Of a DNA stretch of 64,000 nt, positions 30,189 through 38,570 are shown one piece after another. Under the pieces are notes generated by a model. It had not been told where the DNA came from. It was given only the letters and a program-made list of their open reading frames with translations, and did not search any database. The stretch is from Smithella sp. Its GTDB lineage: Bacteria > Desulfobacterota > Syntrophia > Syntrophales > Smithellaceae. The DNA is taken from assembly GCA_035350895.1 (NCBI GenBank), contig DAOPVC010000004.1, positions 1,223 to 65,222 of the forward strand, written 5' to 3'. Made by a program: the position numbers and the translations under genes. How positions within the stretch are numbered: the stretch's first letter is position 1; each line of letters begins with the position of its first letter.

Positions 30189-30217
30189 TTGACACTTCGC
30201 CATTTTGCGGATAAATT
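30189..30217 (+). promoter_or_regulatory. Sigma70-type promoter of selC
   Basis: TTGACA (30189-30194), a 17-nt spacer, then TAAATT (30212-30217). It ends 7 nt before the first tRNA nucleotide. Confidence 0.5.
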
Positions 30218-30224
30218 CATTCAC

Positions 30225-30322
30225 GGAAGCGCCAAGGTCACTGGTGGGCCTCCCGGACTTCAAATCCGGTGTGGGGCGCTAAAACCGTCCCAGGTGGGTT
30301 CGATTCCCATGCGCTTCCGCCA
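30225..30322 (+). tRNA. selC: tRNA-Sec (anticodon UCA)
   Basis: 98 nt. The 8-bp acceptor stem is GGAAGCGC/GCGCTTCC. The anticodon stem is CCGGA/TCCGG with loop CTTCAAA (UCA). The long variable arm is GGGGCG-CTAAAAC-CGTCCC. The T arm is GTGGG-TTCGATT-CCCAT, followed by discriminator G and an encoded CCA. The overall layout parallels E. coli selC. Confidence 0.93.
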
Positions 30323-30373
30323 ATATTTCCTTGAATATCAATAACTTAATTTTTTAAAAGCGTGCCGATAAAA

Positions 30374-30740
30374 TCAGTGATATGTGTTTTTTGTCGGTCG
30401 GGCTCTCTGGATTCTTCTGCCGAGAGAATCATAAGCGAAGGTATACGCGCCGGTGGTATCGGAGATAATCTTCGTCATCTGGTTGTTGGCGTTGTAGTAA
30501 TAATTGATGGTTTTGAGTGTGCCCGTGCTTTCCTTCATCGTCATCTTTGTTCTGCTACCCATGATATCAGAGCTGGGCCAGATTGTAGCTGGTCACTCCG
30601 GTCATGCGGTTGGTGGCATCGTAGTTGTAGTAGTAGACGATACTGGAATGGGCAGTTCCTGTCAAATTGCCGGACTGGTCATACTCGACGAGATTTTGCT
30701 CTTGGGCGAAACTTTGGTTAAACGGTAGACCTTGTCGTTA
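30374..30740 (-). pseudogene. Decayed RHS core fragment
   Basis: Two frames are broken by an internal deletion. They read ..EQNLVEYDQSGNLTGTAHSSIVYYYNYDATNRMTGVTSYNLAQL* and MGSRTKMTMKESTGTLKTINYYYNANNQMTKIISD..FAYDSLGRRIQR. This is about 80-90% similar to residues encoded at about 35095-35420 of the full-length RHS gene. Confidence 0.7.
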
Positions 30741-30813
30741 CTTTAGTATTTCGTTGTCAAATATCACTTGTCAAAAACAATTGGTATGATGTTTCCGGAT
30801 TTCTTATTGTCAA

Positions 30814-31191
30814 TTAATTAGAACTGTTTCCAATATTTCTTTTTCTCCATTTCCCTGAAATCCACGCGCCGATATATCCAAATATAATGCAGGGTATGGT
30901 AAGAAACGCGTAAAATACTATTCCAGGAGGTAATAAATTCCAATCACCCTCGGTTAAAAACATCGTCATAACAAGTTGGACAAAAATAATATAGATTCCC
31001 CATCGCCAAAACCGATCAGAAAAAAGAAGACCCATTATCCCTGAAAGCAATATTGAGATAGGATATCCGATTTGCCAGTATGATAGCAAATCCGTTGGAT
31101 CTTGAGGGCTTGCAATGACCTTAAATACCGTCCAGATTATAGCGCCAATTATTAATGCTATAAACACTTTTGAATATTCACTTATTTTCAT
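30814..31191 (-). CDS. Small 4-TM membrane protein, candidate immunity protein for the orphan RHS toxin
   Basis: 125 aa with four hydrophobic helices and a basic C-terminal tail (KWRKRN). It lies immediately downstream (33 nt) of the orphan RHS tip. AT-rich. Confidence 0.5.
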   Translation of the reverse strand: MKISEYSKVFIALIIGAIIWTVFKVIASPQDPTDLLSYWQIGYPISILLSGIMGLLFSDRFWRWGIYIIFVQLVMTMFLTEGDWNLLPPGIVFYAFLTIPCIIFGYIGAWISGKWRKRNIGNSSN

Positions 31192-31224
31192 ATTCCTCCT
31201 GTAAATCTTTATACGCCTGAATAA

Positions 31225-32796
31225 TTACCACCCTCTACCCGCCCCACCCGTAGCACATTCACAATCACTTTTACCGATGTTTTCTGCAACACAATGAACG
31301 GCATCCACATTGCACTTTTCGCATGCACCAAATCCAAATCTCCATGATAACATATTGCAACCATATCGCTTGTAACAATTGTCATGTGCTATACAACATT
31401 TTTTTGTACAGGGATTATTGTTTAAACGTCCAGCTGGTCTCGTACAAATGTTATCTTGTTCAGAATAACCGGGCAAAGGACTACCATTGAAAGGCCATCC
31501 TCCGTACCAAGGCCATCCATCAGCACCTTCAAAAAGATGCTGACCGAAAAGAGTTTCATAGAAACCACCGTAATCATTATAATTTATAGGATTACCGATT
31601 CCAATACCAGAAATATTTGGATCAATCCTAGGCACTGGGCCAACACCTGGTACCCAATCTGTGAACATACCCAACGAATAGCCCCATGTTAATCCATATG
31701 GATCTGAGAAATTTACGGGGTTCTGACGCGCATACAAATATTGATTTATTCCACCCCCGAATCCAATCGGGTCTCTGGTGATAAACCTCCCTGCGTTCGA
31801 ATCATAATATCTTGCTCTGTAATAGTAAAGATTCGTTTCAGAATCGTATTCTCTGCCGGTATAGGTAAAGGGCTGCTTAATCCAGAATGGCGTGGATTTG
31901 ATGTTGCCGAAGGAATCATAATCGTATTCCTGCACCTTATGTCCCATGTGGTTGGTTAGCGTTGTGATTGACCCTAATCCGTCGGCATGATAGTAAATCC
32001 TCGTGTTGTTAATTTCCGCCGCCAGAGGCTCGTCTATGTTCGGACCGTGAATGTAGAAGGCGGTCTGTTTGCCGTTTCCATCGTACTCGGTAATGATGTT
32101 CTGCTGGTCATAGATGTAAAAGGTCGTTCTGGGATAATCCGGCTTGTTGAGCAGTTGGCCGATAATATTGTTGTCGTCATCCAGTTCTTCCCTCTCGGTC
32201 GTCTTGGATATTCTTCTGCCGAAGGGATCATAGGCAAAGCTTACTGCTTTAATCTTGTCTCCTTTCCTGATGGTTACATCAATTAATCTGTTTTCATCAT
32301 CGTAGGCGTAAGAAGTGATTGTTTTCCATTTGCCGACGGTTTCCATCTTTTTAATCAGATTGCCATTAGCATCATATTCATTTTGCGTTTTCTGATGAGG
32401 ATGTTCTGTTGATGTCAGCAGTTCATTGCCATCATTGTATGTATAGCTGTCAAATTTATCGGGGCCGGTCTGGCGGTTACCCACGGGATCATAGCTGTAG
32501 GCTTCGGTGTGGTGATGGACAATATCATCGAACAGCTTTTCCAGTTTATTCCTGCTGAAAGGAGAGGCTTTGGCTAAACGGTAAACCTTGTCGTAAGTAT
32601 AATTCATCGTATGGGGAATGTTTTCTTTGATGGTTTGGGTCAGTCTGTTGCCCACAGGATCATGGGTATAGGCAAAACTGTCGATGGTCTGATGAAAAGC
32701 GTTCTTATGCGTAATGCCGGAGATTCTGCTGAGTTGTTCATAAATCAACATGCAATTGTTAAAGAGCAAAAAGACACAGCGGAAAAAAATCTTCAA
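31225..32796 (-). CDS. Orphan RHS C-terminal cassette with phospholipase-A2-like tip
   Basis: 523 aa. Residues ITHKNAF...RDPIGF are identical to the main RHS protein. The RHS core end is RFITRDPIGF...DPYGL. A unique Cys-rich tip follows, containing KKCCIAHDNCYKRYGC. Confidence 0.8.
   Translation of the reverse strand: MKIFFRCVFLLFNNCMLIYEQLSRISGITHKNAFHQTIDSFAYTHDPVGNRLTQTIKENIPHTMNYTYDKVYRLAKASPFSRNKLEKLFDDIVHHHTEAYSYDPVGNRQTGPDKFDSYTYNDGNELLTSTEHPHQKTQNEYDANGNLIKKMETVGKWKTITSYAYDDENRLIDVTIRKGDKIKAVSFAYDPFGRRISKTTEREELDDDNNIIGQLLNKPDYPRTTFYIYDQQNIITEYDGNGKQTAFYIHGPNIDEPLAAEINNTRIYYHADGLGSITTLTNHMGHKVQEYDYDSFGNIKSTPFWIKQPFTYTGREYDSETNLYYYRARYYDSNAGRFITRDPIGFGGGINQYLYARQNPVNFSDPYGLTWGYSLGMFTDWVPGVGPVPRIDPNISGIGIGNPINYNDYGGFYETLFGQHLFEGADGWPWYGGWPFNGSPLPGYSEQDNICTRPAGRLNNNPCTKKCCIAHDNCYKRYGCNMLSWRFGFGACEKCNVDAVHCVAENIGKSDCECATGGAGRGW
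31760..32715. repeat. 956-bp direct repeat, copy 1 (orphan RHS cassette)
   Basis: By eye, line by line, it is identical to 34081-35036 (offset 2321 bp). The six-frame ORFs at 31987-32286 and 34308-34607 translate identically. Confidence 0.9.
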
Positions 32797-32800
32797 CTGC

Positions 32801-33697
32801 TTATTTGCTTATCAATGCACAGATCAACGCTAAAAAAATTGATAAAATTATAATAACGATAATATCCTTTTTTAAAACTGGAAAATAGAAGTTACTTGGT
32901 CTTTCTCTTTGAACATTTATTGGCATAAATATTATCAGGCCAAATTTCAACAGGATCATAATATTTACAACTAATATAGCTATTGATTCACTCCAAATAA
33001 GCCAGTGCTGCCTTATTTTTAATTCATAACCCGCAGATAAAATTATAAATATTAAAGTGCCAATACAGATTATTATTTTCACCTTTTCAACACTTGACGA
33101 TAATCGAGGTATAGGCCTAGAAAAATAATTAATTGTTTCCTTCGGAATTTTTCTTGATTTATATAATAACAATAGTATTGTAAAGACAAATACTCCAGAA
33201 ACTATTTCAAAACTATTATTAATAACGTTTTTGTTATGTCCAATACAACTCATAAGTGGCAGTACCAGAATTACCGGTACAGACATCATTAAAGTCGCAT
33301 AAGAAATAAAATATTTAAACGCTTTCGTGTCTTCACTGTTTTTAGATACTTCTGATACATCGGGAATCAATATCGATAGGAGCAAATAGAAATATCCACA
33401 AAAAATAAAACTAAGTGGTATAAATATAACAAATGCCAATTTTAATATATTAATATTAATGAAGTGAATACTGAAATACGAATGTAAATAATTTACTAAA
33501 ACTATCCCAATAAATGTCGAATTGATGCTCCAAAGAATTTTAGCATAATCTTTATATCGTAAAGCTAAAAAGGCAATAATAGGTAGAAAGTAAAAAAAAC
33601 ATATTGCGCCACCAAGTGTTTTTTGTAAATCTAAAATTCCAAAATATAGAAATATTAAGGCCCACAGTAAATTGAACAAGCTAAACAAAATAAGCAT
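32801..33697 (-). CDS. Polytopic membrane protein (about 9-10 TM), candidate immunity protein for the main RHS toxin
   Basis: 298 aa, extremely AT-rich and hydrophobic. It starts 19 nt downstream of the RHS stop and ends 4 nt before the orphan cassette ORF. Confidence 0.55.
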   Translation of the reverse strand: MLILFSLFNLLWALIFLYFGILDLQKTLGGAICFFYFLPIIAFLALRYKDYAKILWSINSTFIGIVLVNYLHSYFSIHFININILKLAFVIFIPLSFIFCGYFYLLLSILIPDVSEVSKNSEDTKAFKYFISYATLMMSVPVILVLPLMSCIGHNKNVINNSFEIVSGVFVFTILLLLYKSRKIPKETINYFSRPIPRLSSSVEKVKIIICIGTLIFIILSAGYELKIRQHWLIWSESIAILVVNIMILLKFGLIIFMPINVQRERPSNFYFPVLKKDIIVIIILSIFLALICALISK

Positions 33698-33716
33698 AAA
33701 TTATCACCAATATTAA

Positions 33717-36700
33717 TTACATTAGACAAAGATTTTTCTTTTTTTGAATACATTTCTTGTATTCCTCAAACGCTTCGACATAACTATGTTTCGCTTCTTT
33801 TGTTAGAAAATAGCCACCTACGCCATAAGCAAGAGAAGCAGGAAGAACTGCGACTACTAGATATGGAGCAAATGTACTTACTCCCATGGGAAATGTAATC
33901 GCAGTCACATAAAAACCAATCCCCGTAATATAGTCTAATACACTAATTCCTAAAGCCACTTTATTAATATGTGCAAAGCATTCGGTATAACCAAAAAGAG
34001 TCTCATAGAGACCCAATGGATCAACTTTATTAACGGAATTTCCGTCAACATAATTGTAAAGATTCATTTCCCCGCTATTAAATCCAATCGGGTCTCTGGT
34101 GATAAACCTCCCTGCGTTCGAATCATAATATCTTGCTCTGTAATAGTAAAGATTCGTTTCAGAATCGTATTCTCTGCCGGTATAGGTAAAGGGCTGCTTA
34201 ATCCAGAATGGCGTGGATTTGATGTTGCCGAAGGAATCATAATCGTATTCCTGCACCTTATGTCCCATGTGGTTGGTTAGCGTTGTGATTGACCCTAATC
34301 CGTCGGCATGATAGTAAATCCTCGTGTTGTTAATTTCCGCCGCCAGAGGCTCGTCTATGTTCGGACCGTGAATGTAGAAGGCGGTCTGTTTGCCGTTTCC
34401 ATCGTACTCGGTAATGATGTTCTGCTGGTCATAGATGTAAAAGGTCGTTCTGGGATAATCCGGCTTGTTGAGCAGTTGGCCGATAATATTGTTGTCGTCA
34501 TCCAGTTCTTCCCTCTCGGTCGTCTTGGATATTCTTCTGCCGAAGGGATCATAGGCAAAGCTTACTGCTTTAATCTTGTCTCCTTTCCTGATGGTTACAT
34601 CAATTAATCTGTTTTCATCATCGTAGGCGTAAGAAGTGATTGTTTTCCATTTGCCGACGGTTTCCATCTTTTTAATCAGATTGCCATTAGCATCATATTC
34701 ATTTTGCGTTTTCTGATGAGGATGTTCTGTTGATGTCAGCAGTTCATTGCCATCATTGTATGTATAGCTGTCAAATTTATCGGGGCCGGTCTGGCGGTTA
34801 CCCACGGGATCATAGCTGTAGGCTTCGGTGTGGTGATGGACAATATCATCGAACAGCTTTTCCAGTTTATTCCTGCTGAAAGGAGAGGCTTTGGCTAAAC
34901 GGTAAACCTTGTCGTAAGTATAATTCATCGTATGGGGAATGTTTTCTTTGATGGTTTGGGTCAGTCTGTTGCCCACAGGATCATGGGTATAGGCAAAACT
35001 GTCGATGGTCTGATGAAAAGCGTTCTTATGCGTAATATTGGTTAATCGGCTTAGCTGGTCGTAGCTGTAACTGGTTACGGTATCGTTGGGCAGGGTTCTT
35101 TTAATTCTTCGGCCGAGAGAATCATAAGCGAAGGTGAAACTGCCCATATCGGAGACAATCTTCGTCATCTGGTTGTTGGCGTTGTAGTAATAATTGATTG
35201 TTTTGGGCATGCCCGTGCCTTCTTTCATCGTCATCTTTGTTCTGTTGCCCATGATGTCGTATTGATATTCAATATTGAAGAGCTGGGCCAGATTGTAGCT
35301 GGTCACTCCGGTCACGCGGTTGTCGGCATCGTAACTGTAGTAGTAGACGATGCTGGGATTGGCAGCTCCTGTCAAATTGCCGGACTGATCATACTCAAAG
35401 ATATCGGAGGTGCCGTCGGGATAATTTCTTTCCACCAGTCTGTTCAACGCGTCGTAAATGTAATTGATGGTCCGCCCATCGGGCTTGGTCTTGGAAATCA
35501 CGTTGCCTTTCGCGTCGTATGTGTAGGTTGTGAAGTTTCCCTGCGGGTCGGTCTCTTTAATCAGTCTGCCCGTCTGGTCGTATTGATAAGTTGTTGTGTG
35601 ATTTTTGGCGTCAGTGACTGTCGCAAGTTTATCCGAGCCGCCTCCGCAGGTGGAACAACCTCCCGCGCCGTAAGTAAATGTAGTTTTTTCGCTCAGGGCG
35701 TCGGTCATTTTGATGAGCTGATTTTTGTAATTATACTCGTAAGTGGTCGTGTTACCGTTGGCATCGGTGACGGATAATCGATTGCCGTTGGCGTCATGTG
35801 TGTATCTACTGGTCTGTCCGGCGGAATCGGTAACGGCGATCAGTTGATTGAGGCTGTTGTACTGGAACGTTGTTTTATTTCCCGTCGCATCGGTCTGGCT
35901 GATCATATTGCCCAGATTATCGTAAGTCTGCGATGTTGTCTGACCGGTGGGACTGGTCATGGAAATCAGGTTATGGTTAGAATCGTAAGCCATTTGCGTG
36001 ACACCGCCGGCAGGATCAGTAATAGTGATGATATTGCCTCTGCTGTCGAAGGTGTAGCGGGTTGTGGCGCCAGACGGGTCAGTTGTGGAGGTCACATTGC
36101 CGTTGTCATCGTAGGTATAGGACGTTTGGCTGCCTGCGGCGTCGGTAATGCTTATGACCTTATTCTGATCATTATAGGCATAAGTTGTCGTGTTGTTCAG
36201 CGCATCGGTGACGGAGGTCATGTTGCCGTTTTGGTCATAGGTATAGTTTGTCGCTGTGCCGTCGGGTTCCGTTTTGCCGGTCAGATTGCGGTTGGAATCA
36301 TATTGGTAATACGTTGTGGCGCCGGACGGGTCGGTTTTAGACGTTAACGCGCCGAAAACAGGATCGTATTTGTAAGTCCAGGCGCCGCCGTCCTGCTCGA
36401 TTATGGTGGTTGTATTGTTTTCCGGATCATACTGGATGTTGCGGGCATAACCCTGCGGATCGATGGCCTGAGTGACGCGGTGTTCGGCATCGTAGGAATA
36501 CCGGACAAGATTACCCTGCGGATCGGTTTTGGTCAGCATGAAGGCCTCGCCGTCGTAAGTGTAGTGCCATGTCTGTGTACCCAGTGAGCTATGGGATGAC
36601 ACGGAAGTCAGAGTGTCTCCGCTGTAGCTGAAAGCATAGCTGTTGTTGTTGGGATCGGTGATGGCGCTGATTCTGTTGCCGGCATAGCTAAGATAGATTG

Positions 36701-38237
36701 CTCTTCCCGCCAGATCGGTGATACTAACCAGATTGCTGCCAGCACTGTAGGTGAGATTGACTTGATTGCCGTTCCTGTCCGTGATTGCTGTTAATTTCCC
36801 GTTCGTATTAAATGAATAAACCATGCCGTTTTTATAGAGGAGTGTGAATGTGCCGTCGGTGTTGACCTGCAACATCGGATAAGCGGAGATATCAGACGTG
36901 TAATAGTCGCCATTTCTGTATAGGGAAATCATGCCGCCGCGATCGTCGGAAAGGATATAGGCGTCATCCGTGGGATCGGTTGAAATAAAAACGTTGTAGG
37001 TATGTGTCCATCCTTTTCCCAATACGCCATTGTATCCTTCCATGCTGTTGTAATACAGCGTAAAGTCAGGCATTAAGCCGGAGGAATTGGGCACGGTGAA
37101 AAGATTCTGCGAATGACTTAAGTTGCCGCTGGCAATGTTTAAAGATGAATCAAAAGAAACGTCCAGTTTGCAATCTTTTTCCCGGGCAGCAACTTTAAAC
37201 GATTTATTGTTGGAATTCCGGCAAGTCGGATCATCAATTTCTTGCGCTGAAAGTGTGGCCGTGTAAGATCCCGGGGGCACAACATCTCCATTAGCATCTT
37301 TCCCATTCCAGGAAATTGAGCCTGGATTGCCAGAGCCATGAATAGGCGCAATGCCGGAAACACCGCCGCTTATTGTCAGTGTCCATGTAAACGGCTGGGA
37401 TGAAGTTATTTCGGCTTCGAATATTATCCTTCCGCCGTTTCTTGGATCAATGATCGTGTTTGATCCGTCAAATTTGTTGATTTTAAGATCGCATGTCGTA
37501 CATTCGTTCACAGTCACTGGAGGCGGAGAAGCTGAAGCAGAACCTGGCGGGCAACAGCCGCTGGTTTTGAGTGGATCATTTCTATAGTCTTGAACAATTT
37601 CTGTAGACGTTTTACTTATCACGGGATAAATATCAGCGTCCGATGGCATGAAGGCATTCCATGCATTTTCGCAGGCTTGTACCGGATTAGCAGGATCTCC
37701 GCAGGCATAATCAATATAATAAGCGGTAGTTGAATCTACATAATCACCACAACAATAGACACTTCTACGACTTAAAAATAATCTGGCTTTATGATACCAA
37801 GCGGTAGAGCACATATCGAGGCAAGTGCTCCGCCACCAGATTTTATAAGCTCTACATTCTGATTGCGTAGAATTAACACAAGTTGCATTAACAGTAATGC
37901 TTTTATAGACGATTTGCCCTGCTTTGTCGGTTACACTGATAAGAGGATTTAGATCACAATTCGGATTGCTGGAAGGCGAAGTGTAATTTACGGAAGTGCC
38001 TGTTGAAGAAGAAAGACTTCCGCCGCCGCTATTAATCTCCCAAAAATAAGGCCCGCCGCACCCCCCGAAAACCGATAATGTTGCGATTTGATTGATAGAC
38101 ATCTGGGACGGTCCGTTAATCATGAAAGGCAAAGGTGGCTCGGCCTTGCTGTTTCCAATAAACAATAAATTAAGAACATTAATAAAGATAAATACCGATG
38201 CAAAAAGAAAAGTCCTTCGAACTGTCAACATGATCAA
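33717..38237 (-). CDS. RHS/YD-repeat protein with Sec signal peptide and short hydrophobic C-terminal tip
   Basis: 1506 aa. It has a signal peptide (..IGNSKAEP), a Cys-rich N-terminal region and a FlgD-Ig-like stretch (GSISWNGKDANGDVVPPGSYTATL). It has dozens of YD repeats. The RHS core end is RFITRDPIGF...VDPLGL, followed by a 96-aa tip. Confidence 0.9.
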   Translation of the reverse strand: MIMLTVRRTFLFASVFIFINVLNLLFIGNSKAEPPLPFMINGPSQMSINQIATLSVFGGCGGPYFWEINSGGGSLSSSTGTSVNYTSPSSNPNCDLNPLISVTDKAGQIVYKSITVNATCVNSTQSECRAYKIWWRSTCLDMCSTAWYHKARLFLSRRSVYCCGDYVDSTTAYYIDYACGDPANPVQACENAWNAFMPSDADIYPVISKTSTEIVQDYRNDPLKTSGCCPPGSASASPPPVTVNECTTCDLKINKFDGSNTIIDPRNGGRIIFEAEITSSQPFTWTLTISGGVSGIAPIHGSGNPGSISWNGKDANGDVVPPGSYTATLSAQEIDDPTCRNSNNKSFKVAAREKDCKLDVSFDSSLNIASGNLSHSQNLFTVPNSSGLMPDFTLYYNSMEGYNGVLGKGWTHTYNVFISTDPTDDAYILSDDRGGMISLYRNGDYYTSDISAYPMLQVNTDGTFTLLYKNGMVYSFNTNGKLTAITDRNGNQVNLTYSAGSNLVSITDLAGRAIYLSYAGNRISAITDPNNNSYAFSYSGDTLTSVSSHSSLGTQTWHYTYDGEAFMLTKTDPQGNLVRYSYDAEHRVTQAIDPQGYARNIQYDPENNTTTIIEQDGGAWTYKYDPVFGALTSKTDPSGATTYYQYDSNRNLTGKTEPDGTATNYTYDQNGNMTSVTDALNNTTTYAYNDQNKVISITDAAGSQTSYTYDDNGNVTSTTDPSGATTRYTFDSRGNIITITDPAGGVTQMAYDSNHNLISMTSPTGQTTSQTYDNLGNMISQTDATGNKTTFQYNSLNQLIAVTDSAGQTSRYTHDANGNRLSVTDANGNTTTYEYNYKNQLIKMTDALSEKTTFTYGAGGCSTCGGGSDKLATVTDAKNHTTTYQYDQTGRLIKETDPQGNFTTYTYDAKGNVISKTKPDGRTINYIYDALNRLVERNYPDGTSDIFEYDQSGNLTGAANPSIVYYYSYDADNRVTGVTSYNLAQLFNIEYQYDIMGNRTKMTMKEGTGMPKTINYYYNANNQMTKIVSDMGSFTFAYDSLGRRIKRTLPNDTVTSYSYDQLSRLTNITHKNAFHQTIDSFAYTHDPVGNRLTQTIKENIPHTMNYTYDKVYRLAKASPFSRNKLEKLFDDIVHHHTEAYSYDPVGNRQTGPDKFDSYTYNDGNELLTSTEHPHQKTQNEYDANGNLIKKMETVGKWKTITSYAYDDENRLIDVTIRKGDKIKAVSFAYDPFGRRISKTTEREELDDDNNIIGQLLNKPDYPRTTFYIYDQQNIITEYDGNGKQTAFYIHGPNIDEPLAAEINNTRIYYHADGLGSITTLTNHMGHKVQEYDYDSFGNIKSTPFWIKQPFTYTGREYDSETNLYYYRARYYDSNAGRFITRDPIGFNSGEMNLYNYVDGNSVNKVDPLGLYETLFGYTECFAHINKVALGISVLDYITGIGFYVTAITFPMGVSTFAPYLVVAVLPASLAYGVGGYFLTKEAKHSYVEAFEEYKKCIQKKKNLCLM
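34081..35036. repeat. 956-bp direct repeat, copy 2 (main RHS gene)
   Basis: Identical to 31760-32715. Confidence 0.9.
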
Positions 38238-38570
38238 TTGCTCTCCGTTATTTTATTGATAATAACTTTTCTGAAACGAACAGTTACTCAGCCACTTGCT
38301 AATATATAATTGCCGACGATTGTCATAAGCGCTTCATGACTGGCAACGGTATTTATAGTAATGATTTTTTGCTAAACTTTTACTGAAATCGTTTCGGCAT
38401 ATGATAAAAGCCCGCCAAAAACGGACTTTTTTATTTGTGAGATAATAAGGCTTTTTTTATAATTAAACTTCTAATAAGAAATCAAGTTTTATTTTGATCA
38501 AACGATATTTTAAATACACTGTTATTGATGCGATTGTTTTAAATATCATTAATTTTTCAATAACAGAATG

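Noticed and set aside
30362-30728. Plus-strand ORFs 30362-30721 and 30504-30728
   Set aside because: They are antisense to the decayed RHS fragment, whose minus-strand translation matches the intact RHS protein.
35262-36347. Plus-strand ORFs 35262-35777 and 35796-36347 (171 and 183 aa), and the duplicated 99/103-aa ORFs at 31987-32286 and 34308-34607
   Set aside because: They are antisense to the YD-repeat region of the RHS genes. Their open frames are a by-product of the repetitive codon composition.
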